Notes: generated from the sequence alone by a model not told the origin. DNA of 64,000 nt from Leucoraja ocellata (GCA_036785375.1 JAWMAR010000430.1:1674001-1738000), one strand, 5' to 3'; shown: positions 37,197 to 52,100, numbered from the stretch's first letter. Program-made: numbers and translations.

Positions 37197-40100
37197 CTGA
37201 AACATGAAGAGTACAGTTTAATTGTACAGTTTCTGTAAATTGTACAGTTTCTGTAAATAATATGTACATTGTATGTATTCTGTAATTCTGTAAATAATTG
37301 TACATTGTACAGTTTCTGTAAATAATACCACTAATATTCTTGTACAATATATGTTGATCGTGGCTATTTCACAAATAATCATGATCAACATATATTGTAC
37401 AAGAATATTAGTGGTATTATTTACAGAAATTGTACAATCCATGTCAGAAGCCAATAACATTTCTAGACTGGACAGGAAATCTTTCAAGCTGACCAATGCT
37501 TATCAGGCAGGGCAATGAGTCTGTAAGGTGATGGTAAATGAATCCCAGAACAGACTTCTAATTTCCACCTTGGGGGCTCTCTACCCAATAATTGGATGCA
37601 TGACCTTTAGTGTGGCAGGGCCCCATAGTTTGTCATTCACACTGAGTCCATCTCCAGTGACTGCCTCATCCACAACCATCCCCTTAAATCGTACTGTTTT
37701 GGGTCACCTACACCACCATCTCCTTTTGCTTGATGTATTTTTTTTCTTTTAATAATGTATTCATTAAAGCATCTAGACTAACTACTACGAAGGAGCTGCT
37801 CCTAATAATTACAATGACTTCTATTACAATTATTTTGTTGTTTCGAGTTTCATTGTAACTCATTAAAAGAGATGAGATTTCTATTTTAAATGGACACTAG
37901 CATTGTACAAAGAATAACTAATATAAAGCATGAGCAGGATGTTTTGTAAAATCATTAATTTATTGCATGTATTTGATAACTTACTTGGACACTAGTGTCA
38001 GCGAATAGACGTCATTAAGTAAAACTACACATAAGTAATTAAAGATGTTTTACTCAGTTTTCAGCTTCCTAGTCTATTGTGGATCCTGGGTCATTTTCAA
38101 CGTACACAAGTGCTCCATGAAGAGTGCATAAAATTAAAGTGATATTTCTCATAGAACCAAGCACAAGCAAATAAGTGTGTGTGTCTGTCTGTGTCATTAC
38201 CTTTATAAAGTTGTCCTGAATCCTTAGTTCTTGTTCTAAACATTCAATCTGTTGGTTGTACTCTGCAATCTTTGTTGTGCATAGAGAATATTCTTCATTC
38301 ATTTTATCCACTTCATTCTCCAATTTCAGAATTCTGATCTGCAATAAATACGTGGGTGTCTAAGTCATTAAATTGACTCATTACTCAATATGCCACAACT
38401 TGCTGTTTGAGACTGGATTCTCTTCAGTGCCTTGCACTGCAAAGTACAAAGCAAATAGACATTCATCCCACTGCTTGTAAAGTTAGAGTTTTACAATGAT
38501 GCATTATTCCTAACCGGGCATGACTCATTTATAGTTTTCTGATTTCCACCTTCCATTGAATATATTGGAAATTCTGTTTTATGGGGAAGTTGGATTTCCT
38601 GTCTTGTGGCTCAGTACAATTGGGTAATGATTTTGCCTGACTGTGATTTAAAAGGATAATTTCCACATGTTGCAAGGATGGTGAATCATGCTCATAAACA
38701 CTCCAACGGTGCCAACAGCCATCTGACACATTGCCAAAGTGGCAGCTTTCCGAGCAAGCTCACTTAGTTCGCTGTCCTTTAGGCAAGATGCCAGCAGTAA
38801 ACTGCAATCCCGCTGGAGAACCCAATACTCTTCTGCAGTCATCTTACAACTGAATCAAATATTTATGTGAAATGAGTGAGTTAATCAGTAGAATTCTCTG
38901 CCTTTGCAATTTGTGATCCTGATTTTATAAAAACAAGACAATGCATCTCTAAATTGCAACGTGTATCTGTGTGAAACAAAGTGAGTGGAGAGATTCTGAC
39001 TATAAATGAGAGACCGGGGACAGGAGAAGAAAGACACTATTTATTTTTATTTTGTCATCATTGCTTTCAGCTTGGTAGTATCAATTTAAAATGAATAGAT
39101 CTTCAACATTTGGGAATATTTAGTATATATGCACATCAATGTGATGGCAGTTATACAACCTTTCCAGAATACTTCAAAATGACTACTAATATAATAGAGT
39201 TAATTATTTCAGCATAAACTGACACATTTGAAGAAATGTTCATGTAGACTTTATCAAAACAATGCCCTGCTGTTAAACAATCTCCATTGTTAGTTGATCT
39301 CCTTAAACCAAGCAGAACCCCTCTTTTGTCAATTGTTTACAATCTCCTTCTGTGTACAGAGTACCTGTGTGTTGGATTCCAGAGAGTCTTTATCTTCCTC
39401 GGGAGATTCCACTGAAAGAAAATCAAATGTTTGAGATTAATGATAGGTGTTAGCATTTTACTTCAAATTGCATCGGCAAATTCTCTCAGCAGAGCACCGC
39501 CAATTAAAATATATGTGGCACATGAATATTTATTTGTTTAGATTAGAGATACAGTGCAGAAACAGGCCCTTCACCAGATCCCTGTACACTAACACTATCC
39601 TATGCCCCCTAGGGACAATTAACCATTTTACCAAAACCAATTAACCCTACAAACCTATAATCTTCGCAGGAAGAACAAAGAACTTGATTAGTACGGATGC
39701 CAGGGGTTATGGGGAGAAGGCAGGAGAATTTGGTTAGGAGGGCGAGATAGATCAGCCATGATTGTATGGCAGTGTAGACTTGATGGGCCAAATGGCCGAA
39801 TTCTGCTCCTATCACTTATGACGTTAAGACATACAAACTCCGTACAGACAGCACCTGTAGTCAGGATTGAACCAGGGTCTCCTGCACTGTAAGGCAGTAA
39901 CTCTACCGCTGCACCACCCTGTTGGTTGGTATTTTAAGAATTGGCTATATGACCTCTAGCTCTCTTCTTTATGTATTGCAACAGTAATTTGGATTGAACA
40001 TTTTGAAGCTTATCTACTTCAGGGGGGAAGTTGCAGCCTGTGTGATAGTAAGCACATGGTAGAGAAACCCCAGATTAATTGGGTTATACAGCAATGGAAC

Positions 40101-43100
40101 AGACACTTTGTCCCACGAGTCTAAGTGAATTAGGATGTCTATCTAAATTAGTCCCATTTGTCTGGTTTGGCCCATATCCCTCTAAGGCTTTCTTATCCAT
40201 GTAGCTGTTGATATTCTTTCAAACAAATTGTAATTTATCTGCCTCTATCATTCTTCTCTGGCAGCCCATTCAAGAGACCCACCACTCTCTCTGAAAATCA
40301 TGTCCATCACATCCCCTTTAAATCTTTCCCTTCTCGCCTTAAGCATATGCCCTCTATTTTAGGCCTTTCTACCAGGTAAAAAGACGGGAATATCTATTCT
40401 ATGTATGTTTTATACAATTATAATTATGTAAGCCTCAATACGATCACTCCTCGGCTGTCTTTTTGTTGGCCACGTCGAAAAATTGTTCCAAAGTACCCTG
40501 CCACCATTCCTCAACTCTTTCTTTGCTACATCAATAGCTACATGGATAGGAAAGCCTTAGAGGGATATGGGCCAAACCAGACAAACGGGATTAATTTAGA
40601 TAGACATCCGAAAAGGTTGGGGCTACCTCTTGCATCTGGGCAGAGTTAGTTAGTTAGTTGTCATGTGTACAGAGGTACAGTGACAAGCTTTTGTTATGTG
40701 CTAACCAGTCAGCAGAACGACAATAGATGATTACAATTGAGCCATTTGCAGTGTACAGATACATGATAAAGGGAATAATGTTTAGCGCAAGATAAAGCCA
40801 GTAAAGTCCGATCAAAGGTAGTCCGAAGGTCTCCAATGAAATAGATAGTAGTTCAGGACTGCTCTCTAGTTGTGGTGGGATGGTTAATTTGCCCGAACGT
40901 GTGGAATTCACCAGCTTCACCTCCTGCCCTCAAATTCACGTCTCTCCCTTTTCTTGGTCTCTCAATCTCCAGAATCACCTTTTACAAACCCACTGAGTCC
41001 CACAGCTGCCTTAACTACACCCGCTCTCACCATCTCTTGCAAGGATGCCATCTCTTTCTCACAGTTTCTGTCTCTGCTGTAACGGCACTCAAGATGAGGT
41101 TTTCCACCCCAGGACATTGGAGAGCGGAGATGCCCTCTTTCTTCAAGATACGTGATCTTCCCCAACTCCTCTGTAGCAGTGAACGAAGCTCAAATGTTCT
41201 GCTCTTTCCATCTTGCAATATCTCCCGCGAGACAGAGCAGAGACGGACTTCTCCTGGTCCTTACATTTCACCCCACCAACCTCTGCATCCAATATATTCT
41301 CTGACATTTGCAACAGCGTCAATCTAACCCAACAAAACGTTACATCTTCCTGCCCTTACCCCATTCTGTTTTCTGCAGAGAACACTCTGAAGACCTGCTT
41401 CATCATCCCTCCCAGCCCACTACTACCCCCCCCTCCCCACACTACAGGAAGTGCAACATTTGTCCCTACATTTCTTCCCTCACCTCCACTCAGACTCCCT
41501 CAGCCTTTCCAGGAGAGATAGAGGTTTACATGTACCTCCTCCAATCTCATCAATTACATTCAGTGCTCTCAGTGTGACCTCCTCCATATCAGTTTGGGGA
41601 GCTTACAACCTGACAAGTTGAACATTAATTCCCCAAATTCACGTAACTACCACGCACCCAATCTCCTGCTCGTTTACTCAGCTTCTCTCCCCCTCCACTC
41701 TCATTCCCCACCCCATTTCCACTTCCCCTGCCCCTGTCACCCAATTCCTTTTCCTCCTCCATCTGCTCATCCCTCCATAATTCTGGACCCCCCCCCCCTC
41801 TCCTTCCCCAAATATCATCTGTCTATTTCCCTTCACAGATGCTGCCTGGCCAACTGAGTCCATCCAGCAGTTTGTTTTTCACTCAAGATTCCAACATTTG
41901 CAGTCTCTTGTGTTTCCACCCCTCAGCTTCCTTTGCTTCAGAGAAAAAATACTTTTGTTAATTAAGTTTTTTTTTCAACCAGCTGTTCTCCAGTGAGTTA
42001 ATGAGGAAAAGATACTGAAACCTGGTTTGCCAATTGTTTACAATCTTTCTTATCAAATAAAAAAAAAAATCACCTTTTGAAATCTCCTCAGTATAGCTAT
42101 TTAATTAACATCAATAAAGAGAAGGAATTAACTTCTCAAGATATCTTTCTAGAACTGGTGGCACAGAAATTCAATGGATACTTTCTGTTCACAAAATCTC
42201 AGAATCAATTATTTATTGTAAATGTAAAATGCATGCATAAAATCTCACATTATTTCACAGTTGATGAGATACTGATTTACAAATCACTGCACTAAATTGA
42301 AAAATGAAACATCTAATGAAACCGTGCAAAACTTTTCAACATAAGTTACTTTAAAAAGACCACACACATAGGTTGACATTAAAAGATATACTTTACGTTC
42401 CACCGCTGCCTTCATTCTGTACTTTCATGGGTATGGTGGCCAAGTATATTACAATTGTAGTGGCATTCCAGTAAAAGAACACCCTTTCTGGGCTAATTAA
42501 GAATCTGGTTTCTGCTTCATATGAATCGAAAATATGGTTCTCATGAGTTACCTGCTTCCGAAGTCACATCAGCCATCCTCGTTTTCTGGACAGAGAGTCC
42601 ACTATAGATTTCTGTGGACCTCAGGACTTCTTGAAACACATTATGCGGTTTAAATATCGTGTATTTCTTAAGTCTGGAAATGAGAAAGCAGTGACAAAAG
42701 TGAAAAAGACAAACAAACCACGAAGATTTAATTTGTAATCATAAGTTCATTCGATCACAATAGTTTTGACCACAGTTGTGATGTTGGGAACTAAAATTAC
42801 ATATTGGGTAAAGCAAAAATAATGACAATTACTAAGTGTCTCTCGCCATGTAAAACATCGAGAGGTGCATAACAGCAGGGTTATTTGGAAAGACGTTTAA
42901 CTTGGCAACAAGAGGCTTTGAGGCATGTCATAAAAGGAAGAGAAGTGGATAGGTTTGATCAATGCTTAGAGTTTACAGTTAAGATAAATATCCAGTTTTC
43001 AGGTAAATAGGTAAAGTTTTATGTTTATGTTTAAGGTAAAACATGTACCCTAAATGGGAGACTCTAAAGTCCCTAATGAAGAATTCTATTTGAAATAATT

Positions 43101-46100
43101 CCATGTCTTTAATAAACTTCAAATAATTTCAGCAAAATCTATTTAATTTATATTTAGAAAAGATTAGGTAATTTTCCCATTAAATATACACTCAGTCATG
43201 AGCTTGGAAAGTTGCTCTTCTGCAAGTAAATCTGCTGATAAAATTCCCCCATACAATTTTAATATTTTTAAACCTGATAAAGATATTGATTCATTGTGCC
43301 TTCAAAGTGTCCATTCAGTGGATATAAATAATATCAAACAACATAGCTTCCTTTTTTTGTCTTTAGATGGAAATAACATAATTTATGGCTCAGCAGATGC
43401 TCACAATCCTGTTCCAACTGGTGGAAGAGGAGATGTACTGCATTTGTTCAAATGCACCCGATGATTGCCATTCCCGGACTTACCACTGCAACTTAGTGCC
43501 TTACAGAATGCAAGATTGTGAAACATACCACACGTTCAGGTTCCATGGTTATAGATTATACAGGAATGAAGGATGAAAGTTAGGCAGGAAATGGAAATGT
43601 GGCAAGAGTTTCACCTGCCTGAGGTCTAAAATTAGATTCAGGACAAGTTAACTGGCAGGTCTCGGGTTTGGTGATTTAATCCAGAAAGATGGGAGACATT
43701 TCTTTAAAGGGGTGTTGTAAATCTTTGGAGCAAATCTACCTCAGGGGGTTGTGGACTCTAAACCTTCCCGTCTATACCAGGGGGCAAGTAGGCAGGTAAT
43801 TGGATAAGACCATAAAACACACCAAATTAGCCCATTTGGCCCATCGAGTTTGCTTCATCATTCATCCATGGCTAATCTATTTATTCTTCTCAGCCCCATT
43901 ATCTTGCCTTCTCCCTGCAACCTTAGATGCCCTCGTTAATCAAGAACCTATCAATCTCCATTTTAAAAATACCCAATGAAGGCCTGTGGCAATGAGTTCC
44001 ACAGATTCACGACCGTCTTCCTCAAGAAATTCCTCCTCATCTCCATTCTAAAGGTATGTCTCGGTTCTAGGCTCTCCACACTACTGGAAACATCATGTCC
44101 ACGTACACTCTTTCTAGGCCTTTCATTTTTCAGCAGGTTTCAATGAGATCCCCTCGCATCTTTCTAAAGTCCCGCAAGAACAGGACCAGAGCCATCAAAC
44201 CCTCCTCTTATATTAACCAAATCACCCTCGGGAAAATGGACAAGACCAGCCAAGATCTTATGGGAAGATTGAACATGTTTGAAGATCAGTATGATCCACT
44301 CCAGCTTTTGTTTTTTCTGAATAATTCTTGAATATTATAGTCATATTGCTAAGTTTTTACTGGGAGAGTGGCCTTTAAAACAATGAGATATTTGCATTTG
44401 AATTTGCCTGGAAACTTAAAAACAACATTGTCAGAAGACACGTACCTTTCATTTAGAATTTCTTCCATAAACTTTGATTCAGGTGCAACTTTGATACGAA
44501 TAAGATCATCAAAGATTGAATGAGCGAAAGGAAGTTGGTTAATTGTTTTCCGGATTTCAGAATCCTGAAAAGTGGAAACAGCACCACAGTTCACAAACTG
44601 TCTGCACAGTTTACACCCAAATAGTGCCCTCTATTCACACCCAAATAATGTCCACAGTCCACACCCAAATGATTCCCACAGTCCACACCTCAGCAATTCA
44701 GAACAGTTGTTCATAATTCACAGCCATACAGTGACCTAGAAATTCAATTGCAAAGTGCTGATTTTTTTCAACATTACATGATAAAAAATGAGTTTCTCCC
44801 GGGGATGTAACATAGTTTTGACATTTATGGACTATTTAGCATCACTGGAAAATTGACTATGCACTTTCTAGTGCAACTTTCGTGAGTATCAGATATGATT
44901 TTCACCTTAATCTCATAGCAAAGGATGCCATTAATCTGCTTTGGAGAGTTGCTGTGGAAATTGGCCCTTTTTGTGCACATTGCTGTGCTTGCCTGGGAGA
45001 AATGTATTTTAAACAAAATCTGAAAATCCTCAAAATATTCAGCAGATTATAACTTCTCAGGAGAAAGAAAAACAGATTCAGTGATTTTTGGCAACAACCA
45101 TTCATCAGAGGTGTTCCATTGAAACAACATATCTACTGTGTGTTTACCTAGGCGAGACCCTGCTGAGCTAAGTCCTATTACTGCTATACCAACTTGTTCT
45201 ATTTGATCTTATATGATTGTGCACGCCAGGTTGATAGCATTCGCCGAAACAGGGCGGACCACGTGAAGGTTGCAATCTCCCACCCCAATCAGGGTGGATG
45301 ACAACGAACAACGAGACAATGTAGTATAATGCAGAAATTGTTTTAAACTTGCGGAGCACCTAAGCATAATTAACATCAGGCTTTAATATGCAAGCAATTA
45401 CAGCAATATAAACTATTTGTATGTGATGCTGACAAACAGAATATTTAGATGACAGAAATGGCATAACAATTGACATGTAGCAAACCCATGTTACAAAATG
45501 TAGGGAGGAATCACTGAATCTCCTCAAAGATAATCATTTGGAACATCTTATCGGATTCTAAATAAATATTGGAATATGTGCATAAAATACAAAGACCGTG
45601 GAAAAGAGCAACTATGGTTATTTGTACTTGGTTACATTGGACAAACAGACACAAACACTCATTCATTTGGGCATTTAAAAGAGCCATGTGCTTTAAATAG
45701 TAGCTCAAAGAATGGATGAAGATACAGTATTACACAGGTCTTAAAAGGTGTATATAGAAATATATTAAAGAATCTGGAATTTATCTGACTATATGATTCA
45801 TGAGAAAGTGGTAGATGTATTTCAAGAACAAAAGTTATTTTTTATTGCAGAGGAACATAATATATACATATTAAATCACAATCCATGGTTTTAATTGAAG
45901 ACTTGAAAATTGAGAGGACTGCAAATTGGAGATGAGAACCAGGATATATATATATATATATTGGTCTGTAAAAATAATTCAATCAACGAAGTTAAAGAGC
46001 AGCAACTTGAACACTCTTAAAGTATCAATTACTGCACATTTCATTTCTGGTTCTTAGCTGCTCAATCGAAATGGAGGCCAATAAAAAAAATACTACGTCA

Positions 46101-49100
46101 GTGCTGTCACCAAAATGTGAAGTGTGGAAAGCAAGCAACATGAACTGCTGTAACATTGACCAAACATATTGATCTATTATAGAAGATAGACACAAAATGC
46201 TGGAGTAACTCAGCTGGACAGGCAGCATCTCTGGAGAGAAGGAATGTGTGACGTTATGGGTCGAGACCCTTCTTCATTTTGTGTGCATCTTTGGTGTAAA
46301 CCAACACCTGCAGATCCTTCCTACACATTGATGGATGAGGGTGTTCTTTACTGGAGCTGGGGGAAAATGGCACTTAGCAAATCTTAAAAGATCGTAATAA
46401 TTGAAGAAAATTGATTTTAACTACGATACTGACTAGTATCTGCCAAACAAACTAATAAGTAGTTCAAAAGACACAAAGTGCTGGAGTAATTCAGCGGGAC
46501 AGACAGCATCCCTGGAGAAAGTGGATAGGTGCCAATCTGTGTCTTCAGACTTGCGTGGAATAAATAGTTCAGTATTGGTTTTAAGTTATTTCAGTGATTT
46601 AGAATCAGATTACTCATTCTTGATAGAAATATTTTTTTTTTTGATGAATACGTCTTCAGATTTATAAAACTACACTGTTTTAGCTCCTGAATATATACGT
46701 AGATGAACATGTTTTAATGCAAGGGGATTAATAATGCAAATATATTGCCAATTTGTTCTGGACTTTGCTTTTGAGATTACACAAACCGATGTCACCATGG
46801 TGGAAATGTGCACCATGTATTTATTTCAGAAAAACAAAGCAATTTATTCTCAGGTTTGCTAATTGTGCCCATTATGGAAATTTTATTCAAGGAAATTAAA
46901 ATATTTAATCGCTTCCACGAGGGTACAGAATATTAATAAGTCATTGTTTCATATGTTTGATTAAAGGAGTCCTATCATAGGCTAAACATTGAGACTATTA
47001 CCAATATTCCAGTGTTTTGGTCCTCATCTGCCACAGGAAAAGTGGTGTCACAGACCATGAAGAACAGGGTGGTTGCCAGAGTGGAAACTGCATGATCAAA
47101 CTCCTCAGTGAAGACAGGGTGATCATCGTGTATTTGGATCCCTGGAAGGAGAGGTAGATTTTAAGGTACTTGTAAAATTACACAAAAAGATACAATGCCA
47201 GTTTAAAACTAATAGAATGATTTGGTCTATCAAATAATTCCTAAAGTGGAGCACGTAACATATCCTTTGATCTACTATGTTACACTCTTGTACTTGGTAT
47301 GTTTGTGCTAATGAATAGCAGGATCTATCACTGAACTGTATGCAAAAAGGAATTTCATTGTAGTTACGTACACGTGACAATGAAGTGCCATTGAAACACA
47401 AGGTGCTGGAGAATTCTGACAAACAAAGTAGTTAACTTACCAGTTTTTAAATGTGCCATTATGTGCAGAATAAAAACAATAAACCTTCCTGCATTGTTGA
47501 GCCAAGTTGACTTGATGTACAGTATCCTTTTGTTAGCATCATAGTAAAATCCCTTGTTGTATGACCTATTTTGGCAGCAGGTAGCTTGTTCATTGGGAAC
47601 ACTGTCGGCCATGAGAAGGGTTAAAGGATTGTGGTTACAGCTACTGTAGAGTAGGTGGACGATAGAACACCCATATTGGTAGATCACAAAGTGGCGTGGG
47701 CTCAGGTTGCCCAGATCAGTTGGAATGAGTCGCTCATCATTCAATGGAACGAGATATGGTAGATTATCACAGCGTTCTATAAAGAGAAACATAATGTTAA
47801 GTACCACGAGGCAATCAGAATGGATTCACGCAATGAATATGTCAGAGGTTTTGAAACTATGCTATCAATCCAGTAGTTGTGGTTAATTCTATGAGAAATG
47901 ACTGTTGGATTCTATCTGTCAACTTCCTCTGTCCAAGTAACTTAAAGTTACGAGTTGGAGAGCTTTCAGTCAGAGGGGGAAATTGTGGAAGCCAATTTCA
48001 GGCAGGAAACGTTCCTCATCCCATTTATTTAGAGATTGGCTCTATACCACACAAAAGCAGGTAGCTTTGTTAAGAAATGTACTTGGAGCGAACAGGCAAC
48101 CGAAAGTTTAAAAAATATACCAATCACAAACAAATATTACAATAAAGGTGAATACATACGGCCAGTATGAGACAAAATTAGTTGTCTCTGACCAATAATT
48201 GTACAATTAAACTAATCTTATTTTAATTGAGATTTTATTTAATACATACACGAGGCATTAATTCAATAGTAATTTCTCAATTTGTATTGGAGTGACGAGT
48301 TTGCCTAATATCGCACCCTACCTGCGTTGATGTTATGCTGAGGATTTATTAATGTTTGTTTAATTTCTTCAAGTCTTTTCAGAAGAGGAGAGGATAGTAG
48401 GATCTCAGTTAGCTTCTCATTGTAAGCAGAGGTTGAAGCTGGCATTGACACCACTTCTGCATAACCAAAACACATAGATATAATGACATGCATCATTTCT
48501 GATGTTTCTCTTACACATTTCTCAGAGCACATCCACATCATCACACTCTATAGTTAGTTGGCAATACACACGCAGATGCTATGATATGAAATCAACAGCA
48601 CACAAGGTTGTCAGTTGGAATCTTCAGGACAGAAATTTGCCAAACCAGCTAAAATGACCAGAAGGTGTTGTTGCCATTACGTCCCTATTGCTTGGCTAAT
48701 GTTAATGAAAAAAGTGATTTGGAATTGCTGCCTTGTCTGGTACACAGGCAAATCCAGTCCCACACAGTCAGTGTTGGAACGAACTGCACATGCAAGTTTA
48801 TACCAAAGATAGACACAAAATGCTGGAGTAACTGAGTGGGTCAGGCAGCATCTCTGTAGAAAGGGAACAGGTGATGCTTCGGGTAGAGTCTGTGGACAGG
48901 TCTCAACCCGAAACATCACCTATTCCTTTTCTCCAGAGATGTGCTTGATCCGTTGACTTACTCCAGCACTTTGAGTCTAAGTCACACAGTCATGCTTTCC
49001 TCAGAATGAATAAACAAGGAACTGCAGATACTGGTTTACACAAAAGGGCACAAAGTGCTGGAGTAATTATGTCTGAAGAAGGGTCCTGGTCTGAAACATC

Positions 49101-52100
49101 ATTATGATATCCAGAGATATTGCTTGACCCGCTGAGTTACTCCAGCACCTAGTGTAGTTTTAAGCTTTCATCAGGGTTGCTCTCACCCTCCTATTGCATC
49201 TTCTCTGGAGGTATGATCTTAACATGGATTGTGCACAGGCCAGAGTTCCCACAGCACTCGAGATGAAATTCAAACTGTGCAGCCATGGTGTCATTGTGAA
49301 TATTTCTAGCTTCTTGAACGACTCCCCACAACCAGGAATGGCCACAACAAGGATTAATTCTTGAGCAAAAGAAGAAGAAAAGTCCCGACCCTAGATGGCA
49401 CCTGTTCATTGCTTTCCATGGATGATGCTTCACCCAATGAGATCCTCCAGCAGTTTATTTTTGCTCAAGAGTCCAGAATCTACAGTTTCTTATGTCTCTC
49501 GGTTTAACCCTTGACCCATTCTATTAACCAGGTCTGCCAGGAAGTCTGTGGGTGTGTTTTAGTTTCAGAACTTTGAGATGCGGAGGGATCTAGACATCCA
49601 ATGGCATGAATTGCAAAATACCACAGCAAGTAATGAGGAAAGCTAACAGAACACTGACAGTTGTTGCCAAGGCAACTGAGTACAACAGTAGGAAGGTAAA
49701 GGAAAGACCCAAAGTGTTGGAGTAACTCAGCAGGTCAGGCAGCAACCCTGGAGAACATGGACAGGTGACGTTTTAGATCGGGACCCTGTGCCCCAAAAGG
49801 TGACGGTTAGGGTTCTGACCCGAAAAGTCACCTGTCCATGTTCTCTAGGGATGCTGCCTGACCAACTGTGTTACTCCAGCATTTTTTGTCTTTCATTGGT
49901 AAACCAGCAATTGTAGATCCGTGTTTCTACATTTTGAATGCTTCAGTTAAGTAGGACACTCGTGAAACAGGGAAAATCTGTGAACTTCAGAAGGTTGTGG
50001 CGGCCAAATTGCTAAAGATATTAAAGAATGACAGACAAATTTCTGGACATAAAAAAAAATGTAAGCTATTGTGGGGTTTGAGCTGATAGATCAGCCGTGA
50101 TGATATCAAATGGCAAAGTAAATTCAAGTGTCCAAATTTATGTTTTATGTGTCCTATTTCTAAAGAGGCAAAGATGTAACTGGTGTTCAGTGACTATCTG
50201 CCTGTGCTCTTGCGTGTGAGCACGAGGCTGGTACACACTTGGGCTTGGCAATATAAATCATTCTGATGTAATCAGAACAACCAGGATGAATGGTTTGGAG
50301 AGCTAAATAAACTTTTGGAGAATCAGGGCCATTCAGTCAGCAGCTCCTTGATCTCTGCTTTTATGCCACCTGGTGTACCGTTTAATAATATGTTGGTAGC
50401 TTTGCGGCTATTTTTACTACAACACCCAGCAATTGATGTTGAAAAATGTTTTAGGGTTTCGGACTCACCATTTGTCAAGGATAATTCTGTTCCTTGTTTC
50501 TGAACAGTGCTTGATTTTAATGCACTGTCAAAGACACTCCGTCCAGCATGGTTCACGAGCTGTAGAGAAAATAACAAAATGCAGAGGTTAATTTGCTTTA
50601 TGGTTAAGATGAAAGGAAGGCTGGCAGCCATATATCAACGTGAATTATTTTAAAATTACAAATTGCTTCACACCTAATGAATTGCTGCTTAAATGCACGG
50701 TCTACCCTTTTTATTACGGACCTCTTAATAACAGATTTTCATGACAGCAGATAGTCTGCCCGCACAGGCACCACTTTTTCTTTAAAAATACGACTGTGTT
50801 ACACGGCGGGGGTCACTGAAATGGACAAGCAATTACTTCTATCGATACTTGCATAATGATACTCTATTAATGTAACAAACAGCCATTGGTATTTTTTAAC
50901 TTGCACTACCAGAAAAACATTATAAACAGTTTGTATTTGTAAACAACTCATTGTTTCATGGAGTGACGTTATGTGGCTGGAGCGAATCCATTTCTCGGTT
51001 ATAGCAGATAATCAGCAATAATGGACACTCCCCCCCCCCTGGTCTGTTATAATGAGGGTTATCTGTATTCACTGTATTAGTGGAGGAAACACAGCAGTCA
51101 ATTTGAACACAGCAAACTCCCATGAACAGTAATTTGGTAATAATTAGGTAATCTCTTTTAGTGACATTGTCTGAAGAATACCTGTTGCCAGGACAGAGAC
51201 TAGCACCCACTTTTCTCAAAGATAGCTATTTTTATTGATGTCTTTCTGAGACATCAAGCATCAGACAGTACAATACTTGAAGAGAGCTGCCTATATTTGC
51301 GGGATTCCCATCCTAGGTTAGATTTTCTCTTGCTCTCCCAAGTAATTATATGGCAGCCTCAGCTATTGCCTCCCATAACTATTTGATGTCTTAATATTAT
51401 TAAACATCTACTATATGCATTATCATTTCTTAATAGTTAAGTTAACTAGTTTTTAAACCACTGAGCTAAATCCTTGTAATTTCTGAAATAAAATGGTTTA
51501 CACTCTTAAGGTATATTATGCATGTTTTCCTCTAGTGACAATGTCTGTGGAGGATTTGTGAGTGTTTCTGGAGGGCATGCTTGTGATTCTACTGCCTCCT
51601 GCAACATCCCCATCAGCCCACTATTGATACATATTAAACCATTATATTAATCGTGCCATTTGTTGCATTGTATTTCTGTTTTATGACACTTTGGTCCTTT
51701 GAACATTTTATTACCTTTGGATCTATCTTATCTTGAGTGGACGTAGCCAAACCACCTGGATATCCAAATCGTTTGTGTGCCTTTTCAATTATTTCTCCAG
51801 AAATAGTAATGTGTCCAGAGTTGATTTTACAAACCAAGGTGTGTAGATGACAAAATAGTTCCTCAAGTCGCTGCCTGTCTCCTCCTCCTGAAAAGCAAAC
51901 ATGGAGAGTTATAGATGTTAATAAATATTTGGCACAGTGACAATGTTGTATGACAAGGCTGGTACTGTGAAGGACACAATGTGTTAGAGTAACTCAGCAA
52001 GTCAGAAAGCCTTCCAGAAGAACCCACGCCTTTCCCAACTGCACGGTGTCTTGTTATCTCGGTGTTATATGGTGCTAATTTGCTCAAGTATTTACATTAG

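Noticed and set aside
37210-37330. CRISPR-like array
   Set aside because: Eukaryotic intron; irregular tandem duplications without unique equal-length spacers.
38648-38842. Minus-strand [13 protein letters not shown]... as an extra exon
   Set aside because: Weak acceptor, no clear in-phase donor, and the flanking exons already join in frame.
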